Assembly: GCA_963716745.1 (NCBI GenBank)
Contig: OY970320.1
Coordinates: forward strand, 448,001-512,000
DNA: 64,000 bases
From: an uncultured Gemmatimonadaceae bacterium
GTDB lineage: Bacteria > Gemmatimonadota > Gemmatimonadetes > Gemmatimonadales > Gemmatimonadaceae
Direction: 5' to 3'
Numbering within the stretch: the first letter of the stretch is position 1; every line of letters begins with the position of its first letter. Made by a program: the position numbers and the translations under genes. Below the pieces are notes generated by a model that was given only the letters and a program-made list of their open reading frames with translations, had not been told where the DNA came from and searched no databases. Of the stretch, positions 61,616 to 64,000 are shown in pieces.

Positions 61616-62260
61616 CTAGGCCTTGCGTTCTCCGCCCGCCGTGATCGCGCGCGCCACTTCGGAATCCGGCTCCGCTCGCGCGGGCGCAACCCCCTTGGGG
61701 GGCGAGAGTCGAGCGCGCGCTTTGACGCAGATCTCGTCCAGAAACCCCTTCGCCTCGGTGATCTCAGTTGCGAATCGCTTATGCTCGCCGGACGGCAGAT
61801 ATGAACGGTCGGCGGACGGGTCATGCGCATACGCCAGGCGCCTGCTCAGCCAAAGGAGGCGCTGAGTCGCAAATGCCGCGCGCATGGGGCCGCCCGGCAC
61901 GGCCGGCGCGAGGCGATTGAGCCGTTCGAGTTCCCACTCGAACCAACCCGAGGCTTCTCGAAGATTGGCGAGGGCGGTATGGCCCTCAATTTCCTCAAGT
62001 CTAACCATCAGAGTGACGCAGAGGGCTTCGAGCGCCTCCGCGTCGTTGCGTCGCGCCCCTTCAGCTTCCTCGCGTGCGACCCTCGCACTCTCCTCGGCGC
62101 TCTTGGCCAGATCGCGCGTGAGCCGTACGTACCACCATGTGAGCAGAACGAGAGCGACCGTCGCGGTGGCCGAAACCGCACCCGCGTTCGCGTTCAATCC
62201 GTTCACGAGCGCGGCGAGCACGCCGACGGCGAAGCGGTAGATCGTCTCGATGACGTTCAA
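61616..62260 (-). CDS. Hypothetical protein with N-terminal TM helix
   Basis: ATATVALVLLTWWYVRLT followed by a coiled coil; TTG start overlaps the repressor stop. Confidence 0.65.
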   Translation of the reverse strand: MNVIETIYRFAVGVLAALVNGLNANAGAVSATATVALVLLTWWYVRLTRDLAKSAEESARVAREEAEGARRNDAEALEALCVTLMVRLEEIEGHTALANLREASGWFEWELERLNRLAPAVPGGPMRAAFATQRLLWLSRRLAYAHDPSADRSYLPSGEHKRFATEITEAKGFLDEICVKARARLSPPKGVAPARAEPDSEVARAITAGGERKA

Positions 62261-62922
62261 TGGCCCTTCCGCTTCGGCGGCTTCCCCTTCCCTCTCGGCT
62301 TCGCGGGCGGCCGCGTCGCCAGCGATGCCACGCGGGGGGGCTTTGTCGGCGTCCGGCTCGGCCTCGACGGGACGCCCGCGTGCGTGAGCATTGCCGCGAG
62401 TTGTCCCGGGTTCATGTCGCGCGCTTGTTTCACCCTCGCGAGCACGCGTGCGCGGCCGCCCGGCAACTTGAGCGCGTCGGCCAGCGCGGCGGCGAAGTCC
62501 ATCCGGTGCCTACTGCTCGTCACCGCCACCCGGTGCCGCACGCTGGCCGGAACATTCGGCGCGGCTAGCCCCACGGCGGCGCAGAATCGAGCGAACGCCT
62601 CGGGGAGCGTGAGCAACAGGAACTGATCGACGTCGTCGATCTTGCCGAGGGCCGCGACGCCCTCGGCCCACAGCGCGACGTCCGGCCCTCGGCCCTCGCC
62701 TCGGATGAGCCACGTGAGATCCACAGCGTACGCGCCGGCGATCTTGTCGAGCACGTCGGAGCGCGGCCGTGTTTCGCCGAACCCCGGCTCCTCCGGGCGC
62801 TTGACTAGCCGCGCCAACGTCGCCAGCGCGACGCCCGATCGCGCCGCCGCCGCGCGGATGCTCCCTCTGTCGTAGAGGTCAATCAGGGAACGCACGCGGG
62901 GGCCGAGGAGGTCGTCGCTCAT
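62257..62922 (-). CDS. Xre/CI-like HTH repressor
   Basis: SIRAAAARSGVALATLARL...LDKIAGAYAVDLTWLIRGEG. Confidence 0.8.
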   Translation of the reverse strand: MSDDLLGPRVRSLIDLYDRGSIRAAAARSGVALATLARLVKRPEEPGFGETRPRSDVLDKIAGAYAVDLTWLIRGEGRGPDVALWAEGVAALGKIDDVDQFLLLTLPEAFARFCAAVGLAAPNVPASVRHRVAVTSSRHRMDFAAALADALKLPGGRARVLARVKQARDMNPGQLAAMLTHAGVPSRPSRTPTKPPRVASLATRPPAKPRGKGKPPKRKGH

Positions 62923-62929
62923 CTTAGAG

Positions 62930-62964
62930 TTGCATGTTTATGTGCGGAATGATACACTGTATCA
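62930..62964 (+). promoter_or_regulatory. Rightward promoter overlapped by operator palindrome
   Basis: TTGCAT-N17-TACACT with extended TG; TGATACA-C-TGTATCA at 62950-62964. Confidence 0.75.
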
Positions 62965-63042
62965 CGCGGCCGAATCCGTGCCGCGCTGACTCAAGATCGC
63001 GCTGGCGAGAGCGGCGCGCAACAGCGAACCGAGGGAGGCCCG

Positions 63043-63228
63043 ATGCCGAAGCTCCAACACCCCGAGTTGGTCGCCACCCGCTTCACCAAGACGCAACGCC
63101 GGGAGATCGACCTCGTGGCGACGCGCGAGCAGAAGAGCGTGGCGCGGCTCCTCCGCGAGATCGTCGTGCCCGCGATTGCCGAACGACTCACGCGCGCGAG
63201 CGGTGAGCGACAACGGGACGCCGCCTAA
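63043..63228 (+). CDS. Small Cro-equivalent DNA-binding protein (RHH/CopG-like)
   Basis: GGAGG RBS; VATRFT beta strand plus two helices (SVARLLRE); divergent from the repressor. Confidence 0.7.
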   Translation: MPKLQHPELVATRFTKTQRREIDLVATREQKSVARLLREIVVPAIAERLTRASGERQRDAA

Positions 63229-63231
63229 CAC

Positions 63232-63255
63232 AAAGCCCCGCCGTGCGGGCGGGGC
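63232..63255. terminator. GC hairpin after the Cro-like gene (U-tract on minus strand)
   Basis: AAA-GCCCCGCC-GTGCG-GGCGGGGC. Confidence 0.55.
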
Positions 63256-63286
63256 CGAGTGCCATCATCGACAGGAGATCACGCTC

Positions 63287-63610
63287 ATGCCGACACCGAC
63301 GAACTTAAACGAATCCCCGGACGCGTCAAGGGCGGAACCGCCCTTGCTGTTGCGCAACGTTGCGCACGCCGACGTGCCGCGCGTCACCGCGTACTTCAAG
63401 CCGTTCCCCGGTCGCCCGCGTGGTGGATGGTTGATCGTCGAGTACTGTCCGTACTGCGGTGCGACCGGGAAGAAGGCGCACGTCCACGGCGCGAGTGATC
63501 CCGACGATCCCAATTTCCCCGGCGGTGGGTTGCGCATCGCGCACTGTCTCACCGGGCCGCCGCGCGACTACGACCTCGTCGTCGCGCCGATCGCGGAGGT
63601 GACGCCGTGA
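63287..63610 (+). CDS. Putative Zn-binding protein (CxxC...HxH...HC)
   Basis: AGGAG RBS; YCPYCG...HVHG...RIAHC. Confidence 0.7.
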   Translation: MPTPTNLNESPDASRAEPPLLLRNVAHADVPRVTAYFKPFPGRPRGGWLIVEYCPYCGATGKKAHVHGASDPDDPNFPGGGLRIAHCLTGPPRDYDLVVAPIAEVTP

Positions 63611-64000
63611 CGATGTTCCAGAACACCGACATCGGCAATGCCGAACGCCTTGATGCGCTTCATGGCATGAACCTCCGCTACGTGCCCGCGTGGAATCGAT
63701 GGCTCGTGTGGGACGGCAAGCGGTGGGCGGTGGATGATATGCGCCGCGTGCGCGAACTCGCGAGAGACACGATCCGGAACATCGTGAATGACGCGCTGGC
63801 GACGGCCGACCTCGACGAGCGGAACAAAGTGCTCACGTGGGCGAAGCGCTCCGAAAGCGACGCGGCGATCGCCGCGATGCTCCGCGCGGCCGATACGCTC
63901 CCGAGCTTCAAGATCGCGCCGGACGCGCTCGATGCGAAGCCGTACCTCGTCTCGTGCGCGAATGGCACGTTGGATCTCCGACTCGGGATCCTGCAACCGC
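63607..64000 (+). CDS. P4-family/D5-type primase-helicase, N-terminal part (truncated by window edge)
   Basis: Manual translation: MTMFQNTDIGNAERL...LRYVPAWNRWLVWDGKRWAVD...LDAKPYLVSCANGTLDLRLG, matching D5_N motifs. Confidence 0.85.
   Translation, partial: MTMFQNTDIGNAERLDALHGMNLRYVPAWNRWLVWDGKRWAVDDMRRVRELARDTIRNIVNDALATADLDERNKVLTWAKRSESDAAIAAMLRAADTLPSFKIAPDALDAKPYLVSCANGTLDLRLGILQP

Larger units (their letters stand above)
56410..64000. mobile_element. Integrated phage-satellite/PICI-like element or small prophage at tRNA-Leu (continues beyond window)
   Basis: tRNA 3' fragment boundary, switch from core genes to ORFans, divergent HTH/RHH regulators, D5/P4-type helicase; no integrase visible in this window. 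Confidence 0.82.

Noticed and set aside
63305..63307. TTA codon in the Zn-finger gene as bldA-like control linked to the tRNA-Leu(UAA) target
   Set aside because: A single codon; integration normally regenerates the tRNA, and there is no evidence of regulation.

Overview
High-GC bacterial chromosome segment. Gene content and order suggest Gemmatimonadota; this is an inference. Bases 1-56400 are mostly core genes on the minus strand: mreBCD-mrdA-rodA-accD-folC; ald, an M16 peptidase, pnp and rpsO; rplM-rpsI-rpsB-tsf-pyrH-frr-uppS-cdsA-dxr-rseP; an acyl-CoA carboxylase cluster; and M20-asd-lysC-dapB-dapA-dapD-tyrA-aroA-cmk-rpsA. An accessory stretch at about 7.4-18.8 kb holds a ferredoxin with an archaeal-type geranylgeranyl reductase, iorAB, DinB and SET proteins and a second dapB. 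The ORF track misses two main things. (1) A peroxiredoxin-like gene (38598-39104, minus) has an in-frame TGA in a W-U-P-N-C motif followed by a SECIS-like hairpin. It is a probable selenoprotein whose start and stop overlap the flanking carboxyltransferase and biotin carboxylase genes. (2) The 3' half of tRNA-Leu(UAA) at 56410-56461 marks the att boundary of an integrated phage-satellite/PICI-like element that runs off the right edge. The element has a divergent repressor/Cro-like switch with a perfect operator palindrome, a stand-alone Zn-finger plus a D5/P4-type helicase, a cos-like non-coding patch, and candidate defence cargo (an RxxxxH HEPN-like protein, a membrane-anchored Mrr nuclease, small membrane proteins). 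Several intergenic palindromes are built from tandem 7- or 9-mers. Many conserved genes carry single-base frameshifts that are most likely sequencing or assembly indels.
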